NCBI RefSeq assembly: GCF_009914755.1
Contig: NC_060925.1
Length of the DNA: 64,000 bases
Source: the human T2T-CHM13v2.0 reference genome, Homo sapiens
Direction: 5' to 3' (one strand)
The translations under genes were made by a program, and so were the position numbers. The notes beneath the pieces are model-generated. The model searched no databases. It had not been told where the DNA came from and saw only the letters and a program-made list of their open reading frames with translations. This document shows positions 16,082 to 29,120 of this stretch, piece by piece (the first letter of the stretch is position 1; each line of letters opens with the position of its first letter).

Positions 16082-16087
16082 AATAAA
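16082..16087 (+). terminator. Proximal poly(A) signal AATAAA of MTARC1
   Basis: AATAAA ~950 nt after the stop, in U-rich context with an upstream UGUA. Confidence 0.75.
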
Positions 16088-16159
16088 TGGAAGCTACTTT
16101 GACTAGTTTCAGATCTTACTAACTTCTTGGCACAAAGTTAGACTGTGAAAGCTGACTGA

Positions 16160-16478
16160 GGCTGGGCACAGGGGCTCATGCCTGTAATTCCAGCACTTTG
16201 GGAGGCCAAGGTGGGAGAATGGCTTGAGCCCAGGAGTTTGAGACCAGCCCAGAAAATATAATGGGATCCTGTCGCTACAAAATGTTTTTAAAATGCACTC
16301 GGTGTGGTGGTGTGTGCCTGCAGTCCTGGCTATGGCTACTCGGGAGGATGAGGTAGAAGGATTGGTTGAGCCCAGGAGCGGGAGATTGAGGCTGCAGTGA
16401 GTTGTGATTGCACCACTACACTCCAGCCTGAGTGATAGAGTGAGACCCTATCTCTAAAAAAGAAACAGGAAAAAAAAA
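16160..16478 (+). mobile_element. AluJ in MTARC1 3'UTR
   Basis: gcttgagcccaggagtttgag; TSD gaaagctgactga. Confidence 0.93.
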
Positions 16479-18717
16479 GAAAGCTGACTGAGGTGAATGG
16501 GCAAAGCCAGTAATTCTGACACCTGACCACAGCTGGGTCTTCTGCATAATGGACCTGCTCACCCACAGCCTCCCAGGCAAGCACCCATGTTTGAAGGACT
16601 ATCAAGTCAACATGCTTTTTACCAAAAGCTGCACATTTTTCACTTTGATTTTATAAAAGAGGTCAGTAATCGCTGAAATCTAGCTGAGCCCTGAAGTAAA
16701 GTTCTGAGCAAAGAGGTACATGTGCTTGTTTTATGGTTGGTGAATTATTACAGTTTGTTTTCTGCATGCTTGGCATGAGGTGAATAATTACATCAATTTT
16801 CCAGAGAACCTGGGCCATCACCTTCCCCAACAAGTCCAGTTGATGTTGAAACTACAGATAGATTGAGACAAAGCGAAGTGTTCAGCAAGTAGCATTACTA
16901 ATGGGACCGGGGGACCCGTGGGAGAGTGAGTGTACACAGGATTTAGGAAACCATGTGAATATGGGCTCTCTGGGAATAGCCAATAGGTAGGGAGCAATCA
17001 GAAACCCAAGGTTTGGTGGCTCTTCCTAGGTATTTATAATTAGTGGCAAGTGAAAGCCTTAGTCCTGAATTTCTAACCACTTGTAAGAACTAACAGCCAC
17101 TTCTCTGTGCCCCGTCCGGGCAGTAACCATCATTCTCCATGGACAGGCTCTCGGGGTAGCTAGCTCTGCAGGGCAGCACCCACGTGGAAGGGAGCACCCA
17201 GAAACCCTCCTCACTGGGCAGACCTGTCCTTCTGTGCCTCACAGTGTGAGGAAGATTCCTGTTTGAAGAGAGAAGTTCCAGTGACCTCTAGAATCTCAGA
17301 GTAGTTGCCAAGCTTTCTGTCAGTGAGATTTAAAGGCCATTTACTTGTGTTTATTTTATATTTAATGAGTTGGTTAATGCCAGAGACAAAGCTGATATCC
17401 CATTTATTTTGGATACTGAGCATTTGCACACTATTCCACTTGAAATATAGAATCAGGAATGTAGGCCATCCCAGACTTTCAGATCTTACAACAGCAAATG
17501 ACAGATGTTTGAGATCAGGCCAAAATATCCACCCTTGGTGGGCATCTCCTCTGTGTGGCAACTTATGCTGCAGCCACAGTGGGGAGTCACAAACTCAGAG
17601 CTGGAGGTCTTGAAAAGGACAATGTGGGCCAGGCTCCGGAGGGGCTGCCTAAAGGCTTGCTTTTGTGACTCTCCTGCAGAAAATGTTAGAAACTTCCAAC
17701 CCAAAGACGAGGGCAGCAACTTATACACACGAAGGCAGAAAGAAATTGGGGAAGGGGAGGCTGTTGGAATTCAGGCCGTTGTCCTATAGGGAGAAATACT
17801 CCTCCTCTCCTTCTCCCTTTACTGATAACGGGGCATGGTGAGGAGATGAGCTTGTGAGGGTCTGCCAGTTTGGTAAGAGTGCATGGGGAGGTTGGGTAAA
17901 TTAGACTAGCCAAATGGGACTTCGGGAAACCATTTATGAGGCTGTCACCAACAGTGATGGCAGGCTGAAATTCCAGGCAAGTGCTCCCAGCATTCCAAGA
18001 GTGTATCAAATTAAAGCAACCCATGATGGTGGAGAACAGATACATTAAAGTTCCTTGAAAATGACAGAGTGGCTCTCAGACCAGACCTTGATTGTGGGTA
18101 TAATCGGAGTGTTGCTACCACACCCTAACACTGCATTTCCCGTGTTTTATTGGTCCATGGAATTCTGAAAGTTTGCCTTTCGGGATGCTTCTAAAAACAA
18201 TTCCATGGACCAGTAAGTTTGGAAAGTCCTGCGTGCCTCACTTCTCTTCAAAGGCAAAAGGCTCTGGAGAGGCCTTCATGAAGACATCTGTGTTTAATGC
18301 TGCCCTTCCCAAAGGTCTGTTTTTGACTGTCTTTTGAGAAATGATCCTCTGATCTCTAGGCAGAATGCCAGTGAGCCAAGGAATCCCAGTTAGCAGGAGG
18401 GGTGCACTCATGGGAAGACTGAAGAAGTTAAAAGTTCCCGCCAAGTGAAGGAGACCTCTCTTGGGACACTTCCCCTTGTCCTCTCCCTTGCCCCTCTTGC
18501 TGGAGTAAAAGGATGGAACTGGGACTTGATAGGTTAAAGGAGGTGTGGAGAAGTGTCTTAGACCAGCTCTCCTGTTGTGGGCCTTAGGGAGAAGCACTCT
18601 CTTTCTTCGGGATCATTTTCCAAACATGCATTTTTGGATGGATAGGGTGGATCAGGGTGAGGGAAGGGAAACCAAACTCTCTCTAACCTTGCCCTTACAG
18701 CAATACCTGTGATGTAA

Positions 18718-19596
<879 letters not shown>

Positions 19597-21349
19597 CTAG
19601 CTTTTCCTTTCTGTTGCAAGTCCTCTCAACTAGTGTTGCCTTCCACCCTACAAAGCAGAATTACCTCAGAAGTCCTATGGCCCTGACTCTATCTATGTCT
19701 GCACAAAGCACTACTGTGCTTTGCTGTCTGCAAGAACAGAGATTGTTTGCTTCAACCACTTTCTCTGAATGGATGAATGAGTTATGATGATATCTAAAGT
19801 TACCCAATTTCAAGCAAGAGGAAGAATCTGGCTCGGTACCACAGATGTTCTTGGAATTGGGATAGTAAAAAAGTCCCTGAGGCATCCCTTGGTCTGCTCT
19901 GACCACACTCTCTTCACAGGAAGAGGCTTGGGCCACAGCTCTGACTATAACTCTGCTCTTCCTCCAAACACAGCTGAGGAATTGGGTGGTGGGGCACCTG
20001 CTCCCATGCTCTGTGGCCTGGCTCAGAGAGAAGAGTTGCCTTAATTACATTATTATTCTTCCTGGACAGGCTGTAGGTTGTGTAAAGTAACAAAAAGGAC
20101 TGAGAAGTGACTTCCCATTCAGCCTCTTCCAAGGCCATTTTTGATAGGCAGGTCAAATTCACTCACATTTGGTTATTTGTTGGCCAGTCTAGTGCATTCA
20201 CCCTTGCTGGTCCTCAGTCATGCTCCTTTACCTTTACAGAGCATCCTAGACTGCTCTTCCTCTTACCTTCCTTGTGAAACCCACAACCCCTAGTCCCTCC
20301 CCTTCCCTGGCATTTGTTATGCCCTCTACCAATCCCTGACCTGGTATTGGTCAGTCTCCAATCCTGGTGGATCCCTGTGGGAACTAAGTTAAGTCTAACT
20401 TTTGTCTCCCTCTTTAGAATTTACTGGGAGTACTGTAAATAAACTATTGTTGTTATAATTATTTCTGATTAACATTTTTACACCTAACAAAGTCTCAGAG
20501 AGATTGAATTTACTGGGTTGAAGGGAGGAGCACCTTCCACATGACCTGCCCAGCAATTAAAGCCGCTTGTTAGTCCGAGGCCCAGGACGGCCGAGGACAG
20601 CTGGAGAGCTCTTCGTTGCAGGCAGCTCTGGTTAACATCAACCGGGAAAGCTCTTTGTAAACACATGAATAATTGATCGTCCAGCGCTCACATAGCTACC
20701 GCGGATCTGAGCCCGTATGACTCATTTGCGAGCCATTCCTGTCGTCTGGATGCCATAACATTGGAGGAATGATGATCGTTTCTTGGAGGTTCTTCTGTGG
20801 CCAGAGTTGCCAAGACCAAGGCTGTAATGGTTTGTTATGATGACCTTTGTTATTCCATTAGGCTCAATTGCTTTAAAAAATGATGTGTGCATACTTTAGG
20901 AACGTTTTTACCCTTTATGTTGACCTGACATCATAGTTTATATTATAAAATGTATTAATGACAGAAGAGTGTTTTCATGTCCCAAGGACAAATTTTAACA
21001 ACCATAATCTGCCCTCAGTCATCATAAATATAAATGTATTGGTCAAACAGATCTCGTTAATGTGGCCAAGATAAATGCAAGTCTATATTTTAAGGCAGTC
21101 GAAGTCCTAGAGAATATATCTGGAGCTTTTGTGGGGCTAAGAGATCTTGTATATATGCTATCAAAAGGCTGAGAAAATTAACATGTTCCCCCCTCTGATT
21201 TTGCATTGGACAGATATAAATGTCTTGGGGATGTCAAGTAAGATTGTTCACATAGTTTCTGGACACCATTAATGCCTGATGGGGTGAATCTTAGTTCTTA
21301 AAGCCATATTCTGCTCATTATGCTCACAGGGCTTTTGAAAAGAGAACAA

Positions 21350-21355
21350 AATAAA
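21350..21355 (+). terminator. Distal poly(A) signal AATAAA of MTARC1
   Basis: AATAAA followed by a GU/U-rich tract (atgtg...tttttctgagtt...tgtgtc). Confidence 0.65.
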
Positions 21356-22117
21356 GATTTCAAGTCTTAGCAATGTGCTGCCCAGCCAACATTTTTCTGA
21401 GTTATACTGTGTCTTAAATTTCTAATTATATCATTCTCCCCATTCCCCAATAGCTTGTTTCCTGTGGGACGAGCCCCTTTTCCACAGATGTGGGTCTGAC
21501 ATTTGCATCATTCCAGTTGGCAAGCCACATGTTGGCAGACAGTGTTCTGGGCATGATCTGGAGGACAGGATGAGTGCTTTGTTTTCTCTTTGTTATGCCA
21601 TACTCAGCAGCTTTGGTCATTATTTGTAGTGTCCACATTAAGCTTCTTAGGGAGAAAACAAATCCTTGTTGAAGAAACATTTTTTAATAGTGCTATTATT
21701 TTGAACCATGAAAATGCATTTAAAGCAGTAATGTCTCAAATGCTACTGTCAGAGCAGACTCTTTACAGGAATGAGTTCATTTCCCCCAGATATGGTAAAA
21801 AAAAAACAACAAAAAACAAACAAACAAACAAAAATGGTGCCATAATTAGCCTCTCCAAGGATTATGGTCACCTGGCAATGAATGAAGAGCACTTCATTTA
21901 AAACCATTTACCCTTTTTCCCTTTGAAGAATCTTCTAAAGCGATTTTCCCTTCTGAATCTGCTGTCGTTTTTGGCAACACCAAGTATTGGGCTTTAGGAA
22001 TGAGTTTTGCCTGGATAAATTTTCTGGGACTGGGGACTGGATTATTTTCTAAATTTGTGCTGTGATCATCTCCTGTGTTGTTTGAACTTCTTGAGCAATT
22101 TAAAAAGTGAGGTACAC

Positions 22118-22890
22118 GCACCCATTTTCATAGCAGCGTTATTTACAATAGTAAAAGAAAAAAAAATGGAAATAGCCCATGTCCACTGACAGATGAATGG
22201 ATAAACAAAATGTAGCCTATACATACAATGGAATATTATTCAGCCTTGAAAAGGAAAGAAATTCTGACACATGCTATAACATGGATGAACCCTGAGGACA
22301 TTATGCTAAGTGAAATAAGCCAGTCATATAAGGACAAATACTATATGATTCCATTAATATAAGGTACTTAGAGCAGTCACACTGTTCTAGACATAAAATA
22401 GAAACAGAAAGTAGAATGCTAGTTGCCAGTGGATGGGGGAATGGAGAATGAGGAGTAGTTGTTTCATGGGTATAGTGTTTCAGTTTTGCAAGATGAAAAG
22501 AATTCCAGAGATTGGTTGCAAAACAAAGTGAACGTGCTTAATACTCCTGAACTGTACACTTAAAAAAAAATGGTTATGGTGGCCAAGGCAAGAGGATCAC
22601 TTGAGGCCAGGAGTTCAAGACCAGCCTGGGCAACATAGTGAGACCCTATGTCTACAAAAAATGAAAGTATTAGCCAGGCATGGTGGCGCATGCCTTTAGC
22701 CCTAGCTACTTGGAAGGTTGAGGTGGGTGGATAGCTTGAGCCAAGGAGTTCACAGTTACAGTGAGCTATGATCACACCACTGCACTCCAGCCTGGGTGGT
22801 AGAGTGAGGCCCTGTCTTTAAAAGAATAAAAAAGGAGGTTATGGTGGTACATTTTATGTTACATATATTTTACCACAATTAAAAAATAAC
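22118..22890 (+). mobile_element. L1MB 3' end containing a 5'-truncated AluJ (22581-22833)
   Basis: gatgaatggataaacaaaatg...gaaataagccagtca...tttaccacaattaaaaa; TSD ggttatggt. Confidence 0.85.
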
Positions 22891-24059
22891 TTAAAATGGT
22901 ACAACACTTCAGAGACTTGGAGTTGCGTTAATCCCAACTCTAAAGTCCCTTCCTGGAAAGGCATCCTAGGCTACTGCTGCTGAAAGAACACCGATCCCAC
23001 GCAGCCCATTCAGAACTCTTCTTGCTGACACCAAAAAGAATAAGAAATTGCAATGTAATGTTTTTGAACTTGAGAGTGAGATGATTTAACTTCAGATTTT
23101 AATTTCTCATTTTGCCTTTTTTGGCCCTTAACTTGGAATTTAATTTTGGACTTCAGACTCCTTGGTAATTTGGTGTTAGAGGGGTTTATGTTCAAATCTA
23201 GAGCATCTTATTGTCATTTTATTGTTGAGGTACCTTTGTGATATCACTTGATTTTGCTGCACAGTCTCTGATAGGTTCTGTTGGGCAGTGTGATGTCTGG
23301 ACATAATTTGAGATGGAAAATAGAAAAGGATCGACAATTTTTATCTTGACTACAGAAAGGCCTTGAAGAACACAATGTACTGTACTGGCCCATCTCAGAA
23401 CCTTATGGGGCAAAAACACACAGTACCTTTCTAGAAAGATCTACATGGAAGTGACACTGGAGATGGGGGTAGGAGTTTATTCCCTCTCTGAAGATGCTAT
23501 CCCTATAATATATATACCTATATATGACTGGGTATAATGTGTAAGCACAATGGGCTCAAAGAACAAAAAATTGAGGAATTTGGGGATACAGATAACTTAG
23601 CTACAATAAATGTGTTATAATCACACTCATCCCTCGTATGTCCAAATGAAGAGACATTCCTTAGTCTTGGCCCCTCTCTGCCTCCTCACACTCTCTTGTT
23701 TGGGGGAGATCTGATTGGTAAATTTGGAAGCAGTGAGTTTGAGCTCTGCTCTTTCTCCTTCTCTTTTCTACTTGGGCTCTTGCTGCCTTCAAGGTGCTAG
23801 GACCCTGGTCCCTTTGGTCCAAGTGGTGATTTTGGCAGAAAAGACCCTTCCCTAGTTGGGAGATACCTGTAGTTCTCCAGTTTTGTGCAAGGCTGGGGAG
23901 ATAAATTCAATATTGGGATTCAGTATTATTGATAAAACCTAGGCTGGAGGATGTAGTTTAGGAATACAAAAGCAATGGAATTTCTATCAGAAAAAAAGCA
24001 GATATTTTGATCTCAAAACAAAACAAAACAAAACTAAAACCTGCAAACAAAACCCAGTG

Positions 24060-24560
24060 TACCTTGCATTTGTAAAGTGCCATGAAACCTGCAGTGCACC
24101 TTCATCCACTCTATATGATTAGATCTTGCTGATGACCCAGTGAGGTAGGATAGATGTGAAAGTCTTTTGTAAGCTGCTTACGTATCATCATTCTTCTTCT
24201 GAATGCATAACGCATGTCACTGAGCTTTGGGGAGGTTAACTAACTTGTCCACATTATAGGTGATGGGCTAGAGTTAGAACTCAAGGCTTGTGCCTTCTGG
24301 CAATGCTACAAAATAAGTTGGCAAGAATGAATTCAAAGTGTGGTAGTACCTTCATCCGGAAACTGGTTTGATCCTACAATCTTGTTTTAAAACAATTGCT
24401 TATGACTTACTGAAAGGACCTTTAAGACTGGTGTGTGTATTTGTATCACCTGTGAACCATGGGTAGATTCCTGTGTCAGATTCTCAGATATCCTGATTTA
24501 GTAGTTCTGCAATGGAACCTAGAAATTCTCATTTTTATAAAGACTCCAAGCTCTTCAAAA
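24060..24560. mobile_element. MIR (~24060-24300) and MER5-like DNA transposon remnant (~24430-24560)
   Basis: gaggttaactaacttgtcca; cagattctcagatatcctgatttagtag...gaaattctcattttta. Confidence 0.5.
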
Positions 24561-25140
24561 CTTTTACTTGATTTTCTGTAGACCAAGTTTCCATCACTCC
24601 TACTCACCCCACATTAATGTTGACATTCTTCTTAGTGGTATGTAAAGAAATACTGGAGTAACAAATTCTGGCTTTCTGAGAAAAATGGAACCCATTAGAC
24701 TACTTCATGGTTAAGCATGGATGTGCTCATTTTGAGTGATGGGGTCACACTGATCCAAACACACCTCCCCCAGCCCTCAGGGGACCACAGCCCCACTTTT
24801 GGATGCAGCAGAGGATCGTGTATGCCCTGAAAGGGAGTGAAGCTCTGAAGGCACCAAACCCACAACCTGAGCCTCCACGCAACAAAGTCAATGACCACAT
24901 CATTAACGAATCCTGAATTTGTCAGCCAAGCAGAGGCAATGCTTGGGGCTTAACGATTGTCCACATATCATGTAACAAATGACCGTGTGTGCATGCATGT
25001 GTGGGGGAGTAAATGAGAAAGCATGTTTTGTAAGAAAATTTAATTTCCTTATAACAACCAACCAGTTTCTTTTAGTGAATCAACAGATAAGGGGGTCCCA
25101 AATACAGCATTAACGATTTTAAAAGCATGAGTGCCAATGG

Positions 25141-25252
25141 TATTTTCTTTCTTTTTCTTTCTCTTTCTTTCTTTTTCTCTTTCTCTCTCTCTGTCTCTCT
25201 CTCTTTCTTCTTTCTTTCTCTCTTCCTCTCTTCCTTTCCTTTCTTTCTTTTT
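25141..25252. repeat. CT/TTTC-rich polypyrimidine tract
   Basis: ~110 nt almost purely C/T. Confidence 0.9.
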
Positions 25253-25895
25253 AAAGAAAGGCAAGGTAAAGATTGGGAATGTTGATGAACGATGGCCCCA
25301 TTCTCTAAGAGCTCAGTGAGAGTCTGTGTCAACTTGTTTTCCTCTCTTCCTCCCTCCTAGCCAAGCTTCAGAGGAAACTCTTTTCATGTGAAATGTAAGG
25401 GATGAATTTCAAGCTCCACTGAGAGCTTTAAAACCTTAAATTCTTGAAATAACCTGCCTCTCAGGAATCATAGGTCCCAAAGAATTGTAAAGCTTTCCCT
25501 TAAGCTGTGGAATGGCTCCATTGCTAACTATGATTACTTAAGTCTCAGAATAGAAGGATGTAATAAATCTGACAGTATTTGTTCTGGTTTGTGACTAAGC
25601 AAAACTGTATAATATTAAATCAGATGTTGTTATAAACATATGAAATGGCACATTTTTTTCCAACTTGGGGCATTGTGGCATGAAGCATCCCCCCAAAAAT
25701 GTTTTTGCATTCTTGGATACCAGCTCTGGTTTCTGCTAGATTTCCTTCTTTCTGAGCATGGATGCTAAATAACAGTGCTTCTTTTTAGCCATCTGTATTT
25801 CCTGTGAGTTAGCAGGGCTGAGGAGACCTATTCTCATTTCTTTGTGTGCTTCTCTATGGGGTGGAACTGGAGACTCAGGCAGAGCGTGTGGATTT

Positions 25896-25925
25896 CTGTG
25901 TGTGTGTGTGTGTCTGTATGTGTGT
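25896..25925. repeat. (TG)n microsatellite
   Basis: Direct inspection. Confidence 0.85.
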
Positions 25926-26751
25926 CAGGTGGAGGAATGAATGGCATCCTAACACCCTGGAATGTTTGGGTTGGAAAGGCTCTTGGATACAAACTAGTTA
26001 ACTCACCTCCTCATTACCCAGGTCATATTTTTAAGCTTAGGTCCAAATGTGTGGGAGAGAGAATGCTGGAAAGATCTGGAGGTTGGAAGGTTGGAAGGAG
26101 TTTTGAAATGGGAGGGAATTCAGCCATTGCTTTCACTCCTCTTCCCGCCTGAGTCCTCAACAAAAGGGACATTTCCCCTTCTTTTAAAGACTTCCTGATA
26201 AAAGGAGTCTTCATGGACACCCCCATAAGCATAAGGCAGCACAAGGGAGGGAGCTCCGGTGGTGGCGGAGTTGGGACACTCAGGCACATGGTTGCAGAGG
26301 CGCAAAGGTGTGACCGTTCTAGGTGTATCTTCCACAGGGCCCTCGTGGAAGGGACCAACTGCATCCCCTAAAACTGCCAGGGCAGCTTCCCATGATGCTG
26401 GGCTGAGTCCAGATTTCTAGATTTGGCTGGTGCAAGCTCCTGGTTTGCTAGAAAATTGCTGATGAAATAGGAGGGTTGTCAGGCCATGGGACAAATCTGC
26501 CGCTGTCCTCAGGGGTCACCCTGCCTGGCTTTGTGTGCTGACAGTCATGACCCTTTGGACGTCTGCATGTTTGTCTCTGGGTGAGTGGCTGTGTTGGCAT
26601 TTAGTTTTCATTTGCTATATGATGAGCAAAGAACCACAAAGAAGTCCTAAACACACCTGGTGCTAAAAAGTGATTACCCTTGCCCTTGTTTTAGGACTTA
26701 CAGCTACTTTTTCTTTCTGTAGCTTCCAAATATTTTATTTTTTATAATTAA

Positions 26752-27053
<302 letters not shown>

Positions 27054-27489
27054 TATGTTAAAATTAATTTTTCCATTTAAAATGTCGTTAATTAAAATTC
27101 ATAAAATTTATATCAAAATCATAGCCTAGAATCTCTGCATATGTAAGAATCACTTTTTAAAAAGATGATTTAGGATGTTGATAGCATCTTATGAATTGTT
27201 TAGAGCTGCACTGTCTGACATGGTAGCCATTAACCACGTGTGGTCATCGAGTGCTTGACACGTGGCCAGTAGAAATTAAGATGCGCTGTGTATGTAAAAT
27301 ACACACCCAATTTCAAAAACTCAGTACAAGTGAAAATGTAAGCTATTTTCGTAATTTTTGTATAATGATTACATGTGAAATGATAATAGCTTATATAATA
27401 TTAGGTTAAAGAAAGCATTAGAATTAATTTCATCTGTCTCTTTTCACCTCTTAATGTGGTTACTAAAAAATTTTAAATTACATATGTGA

Positions 27490-27605
27490 GTGTTGTATAA
27501 AGAAGAGAAGGTTAGCATTCCCCTTGACAAGGATGGAAGAGGCCTGTACAACACTCATATAACTTCGGCATTGCCACCTTCTTTGTAGCATCTAACCATG
27601 GTTTT
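27490..27605 (+). pseudogene. RNU6ATAC35P: U6atac snRNA retropseudogene (probably RNU6ATAC35P)
   Basis: gtgttgtataaagaagagaaggttagcattccccttgacaaggatggaagaggcc...ggcattgccacc...gcatctaaccatggtttt aligns end to end with U6atac; symbol number is from memory of the locus. Confidence 0.9.
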
Positions 27606-27758
27606 GAGGATGGAAAATGATTGTGTAATTGGTACGAGGTTTCCTTTGTGATGATTAAAATGTTCTGGAACTAGATAGTGGTGTCAGTTACACAATATTG
27701 TGAATGCACTACATGCCACTAATAGTAAATGTTATGTATCTTTTACTGCAATAAAAAA
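27606..27758 (+). mobile_element. L1MB-type 3' end fused to U6atac
   Basis: aaaatgttctggaactagatagtggtg...ttgtgaatgcactacatgccact...ttttactgcaataaaaaa is an L1MB-like 3' terminus. Confidence 0.75.
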
Positions 27759-28840
27759 TTATGTGTGTCTCACATTATATTTCTATTGTGCAATGGGTGT
27801 TTAAAGAGGTAGAGGGTGTGGCTTTGCTTACAATAGTGTCTCTAGAATGGGGAAGAAATTGAAAGATACAATGATGGGATGAAGACTGCAGGAAGGGGTT
27901 GGAATTCTTTTCTCTCTCCTTTTGGTAAAAGTATGAGCATATATTTAAGTTTCCTGCCTTCTTTGCAGTCTGTCCCTGGGGGCCCCGACCTCTTGCAGCT
28001 CCTGACTCTTGACAATGCCTTCTTCTTGTTGATCTCATCTCACTTTCCTCCACACTTGGCCGGCTGCCCACCGCTGTGTTTCTCTCTGAGATAATCCTGT
28101 CCCTATGATTCCTCTGGTTTACGTGGTGTTAAGGTGTTAGGGATCTTGACAGTTAAAAGTAACACAGAACACCCAGATCAGGCTCCACAAGCCTCCCCAG
28201 CCTCAGGCATTGCTGATGAAGAAAAAGTAAAGTCTTCTGTGCATCTCTGGAATCAGCTTCTAAAGAGTGACCCCTGGGAGGCAAGCCTGATGTGTGGTGC
28301 TCAAAGTCGGGACAGTGGTTACACTGGGTGGGAAGGAGGTGGGCGGTGATGGGGCCAGGTGCAGACAAGAGATTCTGGCCATGGGAAATACTCTGTTATT
28401 GATCTGGTGCTGATGACCCAAGTCTGTCCACTTTGTGAAAATGTATTGAGCTTGCGACTTGTGTACTTGTCTGAATGTGCATTACACATTAGTAGGAAGT
28501 TAAAAAACAGAACACATCACCCTGTAAGGCACATATGTTTCTGAGTGAAAAGCTAGCAGCCTGTGGTGAGCGAATGTGGTAGGGTGGGGACATGTTCTAT
28601 GAGAATGGCCATCAAGGGTCCCCTTCCTGTGGGGACCTGGATTGACGATGCCTGTCAGAGTCCTGGAGGGGTGGGTTCTGCAGGTCCGTCCCACAATCCA
28701 GTCCCCAGATTAGAGATTTGTAAGTGGGTGACCCGCCTTGGAAAATTCCCCTCAGCACCTCTTATGTCTCTTGGCTCTCCATGTGGGGCACCCATACACA
28801 TACAGAGCAGAACAGACCTGATTTTACATTTATCTTTTAC

Positions 28841-29120
<280 letters not shown>

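Larger units (their letters stand above)
27206..27797 (-). mobile_element. MER33 hAT-Charlie DNA transposon, split by the U6atac-L1 insertion
   Basis: ctgcactgtc...gtagcca...aaaatacacacc...ttttaaattacatatgtg (27206-27489) resumes as ctcacattatatttctattg (~27768-27797). Confidence 0.8.
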
